NCBI RefSeq assembly: GCF_001194135.2
Contig: NC_068982.1
Span: 142,898,347-142,930,620 of the forward strand
DNA from: Octopus bimaculoides
Lineage: Eukaryota
DNA length: 32,274 nt
Direction: 5' to 3'
Under the pieces are notes generated by a model. The model ran no database searches and was not told the origin of the DNA. It saw nothing but the letters and a program-made list of their open reading frames with translations. This document shows, piece by piece, positions 1-8,870 of the stretch. How positions within the stretch are numbered: the stretch's first letter is position 1; every line of letters begins with the position of its first letter. Made by a program: the position numbers and the translations under genes.

Positions 1-5
1 AAAAT

Positions 6-16
6 ATGTGTGTGTG

Positions 17-50
<34 letters not shown>
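6..50. repeat. (TG)n microsatellite
   Basis: Near-pure TG dinucleotide run. Confidence 0.95.
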
Positions 51-51
<1 letters not shown>

Positions 52-54
52 ACA

Positions 55-432
55 GGCGCTGGCGTGGTTGTGTGTTAATTAAATTGTTTCTCGACCACTT
101 GGCTCTGGGTTCAGTCCCATCGCTTGGCATCTTGGACAACTGTCTTTTATAGCCTCGGGCCGACGAAAGTGTTCTCAGTGGATCTGCTAGACGAAAACTG
201 AAAGTAGCCCGTCGTAAATATGTGCAGGTGTACGTATGTGTGTACGTATATATGCACGTGTGTGCTTATGCGTGTAAGTATTTGTGTGTCTGTGTTTGTC
301 CCTCACCGCTGCTTGACAACCGGTGTTGATGTGTTTATATCCTTGTAACTTAACAGTTCGGCAAAACGAAAACGAAACAATAATTACCATACTTAAAAAG
401 AAAAAGCCGGAGCGGATTCGTTCGACTAAAGT
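55..432 (+). mobile_element. tRNA-derived SINE, family A, diverged and 3' truncated
   Basis: GGGTTCAGTCCC B-box-like head, internal TG/TA tract and GCTTGACAACCGGTGTTG body. Colinear with the copies at 7643/8657 and 25382-25868. Confidence 0.85.
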
Positions 433-452
433 TCTTCTTTCTATATAAAGAT

Positions 453-668
453 GTGAAATTGCTTTCTCTTTCTCCTTCTCTAGCTCTCTCTAGCTCTCTA
501 CTTCTTTGTCCTTTTATTATTTCTCGTATTCATCGCTTTCTCCTCCCTCTCTCTACTCTCTCTTTCTACCTAACTCTCCAGCGCGCTCTCCCTGTATTTA
601 TTTCTCTTATTCCTCTCTCTTTCTCTCTAGCTCTCCACCGCCTCCCCTTTATTTATTTCTCTTATTCA

Positions 669-718
<50 letters not shown>

Positions 719-770
719 TCTTTCTCTCTCTCTCTCTCCTTCTTCCTTTCTATATCTTTCCCCTTCTCTG
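453..770. repeat. CT-rich low-complexity tract with (CT)n core
   Basis: Pure CT run at about 671-710, degenerate CT either side. Explains ORFs 453..791 and 506..802. Confidence 0.9.
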
Positions 771-930
771 ATTCACACACGGTTTCCATAAACTCAGTAT
801 GACAGCCAATGAGTTATCCAACTAGAAGTTACATTTCGCTACAAAAGATTGATACGATTCACAACTTCCAACCATATATATATTCATTTGTTCCATCGCC
901 TAAACTACCAGGCTCATTGAGCTATTGTGT

Positions 931-1030
931 GTGGATGACTGAGTGTTCCACGGACAAGTGTACCATTGCTGTAATTCTCAGTTGGAACAGTGTAAGAAAG
1001 TTTGAGACCTTTGATCATTCCAGGTACAAC
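931..1030 (-). mobile_element. Diverged fragment sharing the central domain of SINE family B
   Basis: GACTGAGTGTTCCACGGACAAGTGTACC...CAGGTACAAC aligns by eye to the reverse complement of about 1445-1545. Confidence 0.45.
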
Positions 1031-1242
1031 GCATCCGAAACATGAGGAATTTACCTCCTGCATTGCACCAACCCTGAATCACTGAATATTAAAGCGGATG
1101 GTTTAACTGCTTACAGGCATCCATAATAAATTCTGAATAAAAATGACTAACCTGGTTTGGTCAAGCTTTTATGATTTACTTCTACATTTCCTATCTGCGT
1201 TTCAACAAGCTGTGCTTTCTTCCAATATGTATTGGTATATAT

Positions 1243-1632
1243 GGAGGCGCAATGGCCCAGTGGTCAGGGCAGCGGACCCGCGGTCGTAGGATCGTGGTTT
1301 CGACTCCCAGACCGGGCGTTGTGTGTGTTTATTTAGCGAAAACACCTAAACAGTTCAACGAGGCTCCGGCAGCGGTGGTGACGAACCCTGCTGTCCCCTT
1401 TCTTTCATCACAACTTCTTTCACCCTTTCTTCCTGTTTCTCTTGTACCTGTATTTCAATGGGCCAGCTTGTCAAACTCTGTGTCACGCTGAATCTCCTCG
1501 AGAACTTCGTTAAGTGTACACGTGTCTGTGGAGTGCTCGGCCACTTGCACGTTAATTTTACGAGCAGGGTGTTTCGTTGATCAGATCGAGTGGAACCCTT
1601 ATCACTGTAACCGAGGGAGTGCCACGACGAAT
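1243..1632 (+). mobile_element. tRNA-derived SINE, family B, near full length
   Basis: A box TGGCCCAGTGG and B box GTTTCGACTCC. Colinear with the inverted copy at 23206-23573. Confidence 0.9.
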
Positions 1633-1886
1633 AATATATATAAGACACCTGAATTATATATATACGCACACTCGCACAAATACATACATATTTATATATT
1701 TATTTATTTGTTTCAGCTATTTTTGCAGCAACATCAGAGAGCACAAACATCAACTTCTTTTGCAATCGTTATTTTCATGATTATTTACGTTCAGTTTTAT
1801 AAGTCAACATATTTCCAACGCCTCTCATATTTATCGATTGTTGCATTTCCAAAAACTCTAATATTGCAATATCACTTTCCTTGTAG

Positions 1887-1913
1887 CTTCAATCACTTCA
1901 ATCACTTCAATCA
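1887..1913. repeat. 9-bp tandem repeat (CTTCAATCA)x3
   Basis: Three exact copies. Confidence 0.9.
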
Positions 1914-2754
1914 TATGGAATTGTTTCTCTAAGTGATTCATTTCATTTACAATCACGTGTGAGGGTTTTCTTTTTTGTTTTGTTATTTGGGTTTTTTTTT
2001 GGTTTTTTTTTTGGGGGGGGGGGTTTCGGAACCAGAACTTAACACGTAAATCAACTTAATAGAATTTTCGAAACTGACAACTTTGCAATAAATACCGACA
2101 TTTTTGTCATATTTTGTTTTTTAATAAATTAGTATTACTCTATATTTATATATATTGATATCGTTTTATTATTTTTTTTTCTAATACGCTACGTCTTTGT
2201 AAATTCTTTTTGTCTGAAGAAATATTTGCTATTTTGATGTTTTCAATTAGCAGACCCATCGGCATATGATTAGCTCNNNNNNNNNNNNNNNNNNNNNNNN
2301 NNNNNNNNNNNNNNNNNNNNNNNNNNNNNNNNNNNNNNNNNNNNNNNNNNNNNNNNNNNNNNNNNNNNNNNNNNNNNNNNNNNNNNNNNNNNNNNNNNNN
2401 NNNNNNNNNNNNNNNNNNNNNNNNNNNNNNNNNNNNNNNNNNNNNNNNNNNNNNNNNNNNNNNNNNNNNNNNNNNNNNNNNNNNNNNNNNNNNNNNNNNN
2501 NNNNNNNNNNNNNNNNNNNNNNNNNNNNNNNNNNNNNNNNNNNNNNNNNNNNNTATATATATTTAAATATGTGTGTGTGAGTGTATATATATATATATAT
2601 GTGTGTGTGCGTGTGTGCGTGTATGTCTTTGCGCGCGCACGTACATAGATACATACACGCACACATATATATGCATGTACATTTATATATACATATATAC
2701 ACGTATACATACAAATTGATATACTTTGTGTGTAGTTGTGTGTGTGTATATATG

Positions 2755-2786
<32 letters not shown>

Positions 2787-3049
2787 CGTGTGTGTGTGCG
2801 TATGTGTTACTGTTTGATGTTGATATTTCGATCCGACGCCACTCCGATATTCTCTCTTCAGAATTATTAAAGTATTTGGTGGCCTTTATTTTTTTCAACG
2901 GTTGCATAGAATTTAATAAGTTCCACAATTTGAATTGAAAATTGTCTGTCACGTAGGGACTTCCATGCACACACACAAACACACACACACATCACGCAAG
3001 CATTAATATACACGTATACACACTTACACACACATGTATAAACACATGC

Positions 3050-3312
3050 ATGAAAACTGTACAGGTTGTGCGAATAACAACTGGTGCGTTGGGAACTGCA
3101 AGTACAGATATAGACAAATGATCGAAGGGGATTGGAATAGAATGTCCTTGAGACGTATACAGAAGGTTTGACTCCTCGGGACAGGAACGATTATCAGGAG
3201 AGTTCTAAGCACTTGAAAGACTTCTGGAAACCTGGGAATACTTAAGGTTACAGGTAGTAACACGCTACCCACATATATCCTGCCCGGAGTAAGACCAAAC
3301 TTGAGTAAAATC
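3050..3312 (+). mobile_element. R4/Dong-clade non-LTR retrotransposon, 3' end relic (copy 1)
   Basis: Manual translation MKTVQVVRITTGALGTAS...IQKV*LLGTGTIIRRVLST* matches the C-terminus of RLE-type R4/Dong ORFs. A short 3' UTR follows, then (AAT)n. Confidence 0.7.
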
Positions 3313-3322
3313 AATAATAATA

Positions 3323-3390
<68 letters not shown>

Positions 3391-3408
3391 CATTATTATT
3401 ATTATTAT
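3313..3408. repeat. (AAT)n switching to (ATT)n microsatellite
   Basis: About 3 AAT units followed by about 28 ATT units. Confidence 0.95.
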
Positions 3409-4306
3409 AGCTAGGATACTATTACAGAACTACAGAAATACCTACTTCAGAACCAAGGCAAGCTAATACATAGAGCCACAAGACACAAACAGATATAAAT
3501 AAAACTGTTTTCTGTCTTTAAGGTAACTGATAAATACAAATAAGTACCAAACATCTATGAAGAAAAAGAAGAAACAAAAAAGGTTGTTAAACAACTGAAA
3601 TCCAAACTAAAACTGGAACTTCAACGGATCATGATAAAACGATGGCAAGAAAAGCCCGTACATGGCAAATATTAGGTTAAATAAACAGAAAAGAAATAGA
3701 CAAAGCAAAATCTCAACAATGGCTGGGAAGCTCAGGACTGGAAGCAGAGACTGACGGATTTTTAATTGCAACACAAGATCAAAACCTTCCCACCAGAAAT
3801 CACCAAAAAAAAAACAATGTACAGAAATACAAGTATCTGAAGAAAATGCGGTAATGGACAAGAAACAATAAATCATATTGTCTCTGGCTGCCCAGTCTTG
3901 GCTAACAAAAAATATTTTGACGGGCCTGGCACTTTAGTGTCATGCCCGTTACGCCAGAACAGGTCACAGAAAATGAGAAAGCAACCATGCTCTGGAATAT
4001 GCCAATGCACACGCTGAGAAATCAAGGCTAATAGGCTGGATATAGTTGTCACCAAGAAAACTGTACACCAAGAAAAATATTTTCTAATCGATGTATCAAT
4101 ACCAAAATATGACAACGTTCCTCTAAAAGATACGGAGAAACTTTCAAAATACAAAGATCTGGAAAGAGATGTAACATGAATGTGGAACCTGAATATAGAG
4201 GCAATCCCTAAAACAAAAACAGCAGGACTTACAAGTATATATAATTGCTTACCATAAATTGCTTACCAGAAATTGCATAGTCTAACGTTCTTCAAAAAAA
4301 AGTTCT
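3409..4306 (+). mobile_element. R4/Dong-clade retrotransposon relic (copy 2): post-RT region, CCHC knuckle, restriction-like endonuclease
   Basis: With stops and frameshifts: RWQEKPVHGKY, QWLGSSGLEAETDGFLIATQDQNL, *RKCGNGQETINHIVSGCPVLA (CCHC), IKANRLDIVV, FLIDVSIP...EKLSKYKDLE (PD-(D/E)xK RLE). Confidence 0.85.
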
Positions 4307-5030
4307 AACTCTAAATGCAGATTCTGCGGCGCATTTGACGAAACAATAGACAATCTCTTTTCGGAGTTGACCTGTGCTGACAACAAACCAATACAAAAAT
4401 CGCCACATGGGTTTGGGGTAGAACAGTATTTACATTGGAAAATATGTAAACACTACAAAATCGTCACTCCTGCATACTGGTATAAATATCATCCTGAGCC
4501 AGTCGTTGAAGGTTAAAACGTGACTATCCTTCAGGATTTTACAGTCAACACTGACAGAACGATCTACCCAAATCGACCTGATATACTTATTCAAGACTGA
4601 GAAGAAAATACATGTAGACTATTAGATGTAAGTGTTCCCACTGATAAAATATATATATGTAAATGTTTTTGAGAAATTAAGTAAATATATGGTCTTGGAA
4701 ATGAAAATACAAAAGACGTGGCATCTCAAAGCAAGAACTATTCGTGTTATGGTAAAGAAAGGATGTCAGAAACATCTAGATAACATCCCAGGAGAACCAT
4801 GTCTCAGAGAAATACAAAGGATTGTGCTGGAAGTCCTGCTCACATTCTTAGAAAGACCCCCATCATTTTAAATGTTTGTGTTGTATTACATGAAGATATT
4901 TCGCAACTGCCACTGCCAGTTCTCTCCAAGCTTTGAATCATACTTAACATCTCTTATTTTTCACTCACCCTAGAATGCTGGGTGTGTCTCGGCAAGTGTT
5001 TGTAAGAAACATGCAGATTAAAAGTAACAG
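4307..5030 (+). mobile_element. R4/Dong-clade retrotransposon relic (copy 3, different subfamily)
   Basis: NSKCRFCGAFDETID, HWKICKHY...WYKYHPEPVVE, TDRTIYPNRPDILI, LLDVSVPTD, EKLSKY, IPGEPCLREIQRIVL. Ends in a TAA-type tail. Confidence 0.85.
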
Positions 5031-5053
5031 TAATAATGATAATAATAATTATA

Positions 5054-5266
5054 ATCCTTTCTGCTGGAAGCACAAGGTCTCAAATTTGGGGAAGGGATTA
5101 AGTCGATTTAATCAACCCCAGTGCATTTCCAGTACTTAATTTATCGACCCCGAAGGGATGAAGGGCAGAGTCGATCTCAGCGGCATTTGAACTAAGAACG
5201 TGAAGACAGATATAATACCGCTAAGCATTTCGCTTGGTATGGTAACGATTCCTCCAGACCGCAGCC
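5054..5266 (-). mobile_element. Short tRNA-derived SINE, family D
   Basis: Reverse complement of the ...GTTCAAAT...GCCTTTCATCC...GGGGTCGATAAA..AAGTAC consensus seen on + at 24465-24690. Flanked by (TAA)n. Confidence 0.85.

Positions 5267-5267
<1 letters not shown>

Positions 5268-5320
<53 letters not shown>
5268..5320. repeat. (TAA)n microsatellite
   Basis: Pure TAA run between two SINEs. Confidence 0.95.
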
Positions 5321-5322
<2 letters not shown>

Positions 5323-5507
5323 CCTTTCTACTATAGGCGCAAGGCCTGAAATTAGTGGGGCGGTGGATAGTCGATTACATCGATCCCAGTGTTCAACTGG
5401 TACTTGTTTTATCGACCTCGGCGGAATTTGGACACAGAACGTCATTACGGACGAAATGCCGTTACGCATTTTGTCCGGCGCGCTAACGATTCTGCCAACT
5501 CACCGTC
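5321..5507 (-). mobile_element. SINE family D with internal deletion
   Basis: Colinear with 5054-5266 but lacks the segment between two TCGACC/TCGATC motifs. Confidence 0.85.
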
Positions 5508-5520
5508 ATAATAATAATAA

Positions 5521-5668
5521 GTGTTTCTAATTCTGGCAGAAGGTCACCAATTTTGGCGGAAGGCTTCAGCTGATCACATTTTTCAAGTTGTATTTATTTT
5601 ACTGACACCGAAATGAGGGAATGGAAAGCCGACCTCAGTAGGATTTGAACTCAGAACTTAGAGCCAGA
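5521..5668 (-). mobile_element. Degraded SINE family D
   Basis: GCCGACCTCAGTAGGATTTGAACTCAGAAC matches the family D B-box region. Confidence 0.6.
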
Positions 5669-5724
5669 AGAAGAAGAAAAAGAAGAAGAGGAAGAAGTTG
5701 AATACCTATATTTTCTGTGTGACA

Positions 5725-6010
5725 GCTATGGTTTTATTCGAGAACAGCGGCGGCGGGTCTGGAAGCAAAGAAGCAAAAAGAGAATTGCCTTCTGCAATGA
5801 AAAATCTAAGATTCTACGATGTCATTATGACCTTAGAAAAAGAAACGCTAGTTAAATAACGTGGAGGAAGAATTAGAAAAGACAGCATGTCCTGTTGATG
5901 TATTGATATGTCAATTATAATAGACATTGTAATTTGACTTGGCTTTATAGAATGGGAGCAGAGAATGAGATAGGCATCGTTTCTACATCAATTATTTCAC
6001 AAAAACCATA
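5725..6010 (+). mobile_element. Possible heavily decayed R4/Dong RLE fragment
   Basis: Scattered motifs across frames: NEKSKIL, IIDIVI, EIGIV..SQK. Weak. Confidence 0.3.
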
Positions 6011-6125
6011 AAGATCGTTGATGTACATATACATACAAGAACAAATACACTTACACACACAGACACATGCATATATAAATATGCATGTGTATATATAAAT
6101 GAGATAGAAATGGCGGGAGGTTGTA

Positions 6126-6138
6126 TGTAGCCATACAT
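6126..6138 (+). repeat. Left copy of putative target-site duplication TGTAGCCATACAT
   Basis: Identical 13-mer at 6572-6584. The two copies bracket the inverted composite element. Confidence 0.85.
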
Positions 6139-6190
6139 TATTTACATTATTTACATTTGACGGATATTCGTCCTCATCTTGTTTGGTGTT

Positions 6191-6236
6191 AACACAACGT
6201 TTCGGCTGATATACCCTCCAGCCTTCGTCAGGTGTC
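6191..6236 (-). ncRNA. Minimal type I hammerhead ribozyme motif, intact
   Basis: GACAC-CUGACGA-A-GGCUG(GAGGGUAUAU)CAGCC-GAAAC-GUU|GUGUU. Full catalytic core, 5-bp helix I, 5-bp helix II, loopless palindromic helix III (AACGUU). Predicted cut between 6196 and 6195. Confidence 0.75.
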
Positions 6237-6325
6237 TTGGGGAAATTTCGAACCTGGGTTCTCATTCCTATCGATGTTACTATTACTATTATTATTATAT
6301 CATTATTATTATTACTATTATTAAT

Positions 6326-6394
6326 CAGGTCGCTGCCGTGAATCGAACTCGGAACCTTGGGGTTAGTAGCCCGCGCTCTTAACCACTACGCCAT
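6326..6394 (-). mobile_element. tRNA-like Pol III promoter head of the composite element
   Basis: ATGGCGTAGTGGTTAAGAGCGCGGGCTACTAACCCCAAGGTTCCGAGTTCGATTCAC with A box TGGCGTAGTGG and B box GAGTTCGATTC. Stems are imperfect, so it is not a functional tRNA. Confidence 0.8.
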
Positions 6395-6439
6395 AAAATA
6401 TGACATAGGAATGAGAACCCAGGTTCGAAATTTCCCCAA

Positions 6440-6485
6440 GACAGCTGACGAAGGCTGGAGGGTATATCAGCCGAAACGTTGTGTT
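6440..6485 (+). ncRNA. Second hammerhead motif with helix I closing mismatch
   Basis: Same as the 6191-6236 motif except GACAG for GACAC, which breaks the core-proximal pair of helix I. Confidence 0.65.
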
Positions 6486-6571
6486 AACAACAAACAAGAT
6501 GAGGACGAATATCCGTCAAATGTAAATAATGTAAATAATGTAAATAATTCCTCATCTCTTAAATATAGAAC

Positions 6572-6584
6572 TGTAGCCATACAT
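6572..6584 (+). repeat. Right copy of putative target-site duplication
   Basis: TGTAGCCATACAT, identical to 6126-6138. Confidence 0.85.
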
Positions 6585-7642
6585 GTATCGAAGTCTATAA
6601 TGAAAGTATTTCTTTTGTGCAAATCGATTGCACAAATCACAATTAACGTGAAAAATGCTTTTAGTGAGCTCCTCTTCCAATTGGTTCGCACAAAAGAAAT
6701 ATTTTCCATAGGTTTGTATAGTTTCCATATCTCTTACTGACCAAGGCATACCCATACACACACATATGTGTGTGTGATATACATATATATATATATATAT
6801 ATATANNNNNNNNNNNNNNNNNNNNNNNNNNNNNNNNNNNNNNNNNNNNNNNNNNNNNNNNNNNNNNNNNNNNNNNNNNNNNNNNNNNNNNNNNNNNNNN
6901 NNNNNNNNNNNNNNNNNNNNNNNNNNNNNNNNNNNNNNNNNNNNNNNNNNNNNNNNNNNNNNNNNNNNNNNNNNNNNNNNNNNNNNNNNNNNNNNNNNNN
7001 NNNNNNNNNNNAGATAGATATACAAATACACAAACGTGTGTGTTGGCTGTACATGTCTATATTTTCCTTTTTTGCTGTTTTACTCTATTTTGCCTTCTAC
7101 CCATTTTCGTATGTTCGATGAGAAGAATGCGTATCATAATTAATATGTTTCCGATTTCGCTAAACAAACAGACTAATAAACATCTACTCAGACCAATAAT
7201 TAATGCATACCTGCCTCCTGGCGTCAGTAAATTATGAAAAGCTTCTGTACATGGATAAATCGCGTATTTTTCTATTGATTTATATTTTAGTTTTGTTCAC
7301 CAAACGCGAAACGTTCATACATAATTACATCGCAAGCTACATGAAAAACAACGAGCCTAGACTCTTTATTAAACGGGAGATGATATTTTATTAATTGCTT
7401 CTTACAAGTTGATCCCAAGTATTTGCATAATACACCTACGCACCAGTGCACACTCGTATGTATTTCACATATATCTCATTCTCTCCCTCTCTCCCCATCC
7501 TGCTCTTTCTCTCTCCTTCTTTCACTATATACATAAAAATAGAAAGATGAATAGATAGATTTAGAGATAGATTGATTCTTAGATAAACCGACATATGTAT
7601 TAACATAATTACACACACACACACACATACACACGCAATGTA

Positions 7643-7799
7643 GGCGCAGGCATGGCTGCGTGTTAAGAAGCTTGCTTCCCAACCACTTGCTACCGGGTTC
7701 AGTCCATCTGCGTGGCACCTTCGGCAAGTATCTCCTGCAGCAGCCTCTGGCCGACCAAAGCATTGTGAGTAGATTTCGTAGACGGAAACTGATAAAAGG

Positions 7800-7803
<4 letters not shown>
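7643..7803 (+). mobile_element. SINE family A, 5' half (interrupted)
   Basis: GGCGCAGGCATGGCTGCGTG...GGGTTCAGTCC...GACGGAAACTGA, then (TA)n. The 3' half resumes at 8657. Confidence 0.85.
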
Positions 7804-7844
<41 letters not shown>

Positions 7845-7849
<5 letters not shown>

Positions 7850-8635
7850 TTATTTACTTATCTATTTATGGGTTTCAGCCAAGTGGTTGTGGTCATGCTG
7901 GAGCACCACCGACACTTTCCGTCTTTATGCTATGCTCTCTTTACGTTCCTTGCGTGGCTCTTCTCCTCCACCTGATATAATCCAATCAAGAGTTTTGATA
8001 GCACATCTGGTGTATAAGAGAATTTGACATAGCTGCCCTAAACTGTGTCTCATTTCGAGCCTTTGGTTCGTCTGGTATCGTGGAGAGGAAAGCATCGAGT
8101 TTTCTCTTGAAGACCTCTATATGCATGTCATGCAGGTCTCTCAAATGTTTTGGCAGGGCATTAAAGAGCTGAGGTCCTCTGAAACCGAGGTTGTTGCAGT
8201 ATCTTGTTCTTATGTGAGATGCAGTGGACAGCACATTTGGTACCACGCAGTGGCGACCAGTGCGGGCATTCTTGTAGTACTTGATGCCAAAGTTTGGCAC
8301 TGCCTGCGCTCCAGGGAGTAGAGACCTAGTGCCTTCAGTCGCTGCTTGTAGTTCATCTGTTGGACTGTGGCGATCTTTTTTTGTATAGTGACACTGAATT
8401 GCCTCGAGTTCTGCTGTCCGTTTGACACTGTGTGCTGACCACAACTGAAAGCAATAGTCTAGGCGGCTCAGAACAAATGTTTTCCATAGAGTCAACATGA
8501 CTTTTTGATCCCTTGTTCGGAATGTCCTCAGTATCCACCCTGCCAGTTGTCTGCACTTTGCTGTCAACTTGACAATGTGCATGTGAAATGATGCATCACT
8601 ACACATGTTGATGCCCAGGTCTCTTACTGTTTATA
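7845..8635 (-). mobile_element. 5'-truncated CR1/L2-group LINE (end of ORF2 plus 3' UTR), frameshifted
   Basis: VRDLGINM..ASFHMHI, GWILRTFRTRDQKVMLTLWKTFVLSRLDYCFQLWS, (frameshift) YKQRLKALGLYSLERR, GPQLFNALPKHLR, FKRKLDAFLSTIPDEP: post-RT/thumb motifs of CR1-group LINEs. Stop at 7986, then a 3' UTR ending in TAAA repeats. Confidence 0.85.
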
Positions 8636-8656
8636 CATGTTATATATATATATATA

Positions 8657-8870
8657 CTTTGTGACTTTGTGTCTGTGATTGTCCACCACCACTAACATTA
8701 CTTGACAACCGTGGTAGGTATGTTTACGTCCCCTTAATCTAGTAGTTCGGCAAAAGTGACTGTTAGAATAAGTACTCGGCTTACAAAGATTAAGTTCTGC
8801 GGTCGATTTCTTCGGCTAAAAGGCGGTGCTCCAGCATGGTCGCAGTCAAACAGCTTAAAAGATAAAAGAA
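8657..8870 (+). mobile_element. SINE family A, 3' half
   Basis: CTTGACAACC...GTTCGGCAAAAG...AAGTACTCGGCTTACAAAG...GGCGGTGCTCCAGCATGGTCGCAGTCAAA. Confidence 0.85.

Larger units (their letters stand above)
6139..6571. mobile_element. Composite non-autonomous retroelement: inverted Penelope-type terminus + (AAT)-rich spacer + tRNA-like head + Penelope-type terminus
   Basis: About 133-bp inverted arms (6139-6271 and 6406-6540) with 2 substitutions by eye. CTGACGAAGG...CCGAAACGTT motif typical of Penelope-like element ends. 13-bp flanking direct repeat. Confidence 0.75.

Noticed and set aside
6326-6394. Functional tRNA gene
   Set aside because: Acceptor and anticodon stems do not pair properly, and the sequence is embedded in a TSD-flanked repeat.
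5945-6740. Two near-identical ORFs beginning MRTQVRNFPKT on opposite strands
   Set aside because: They arise from the inverted Penelope-type termini, with no recognisable protein domain.
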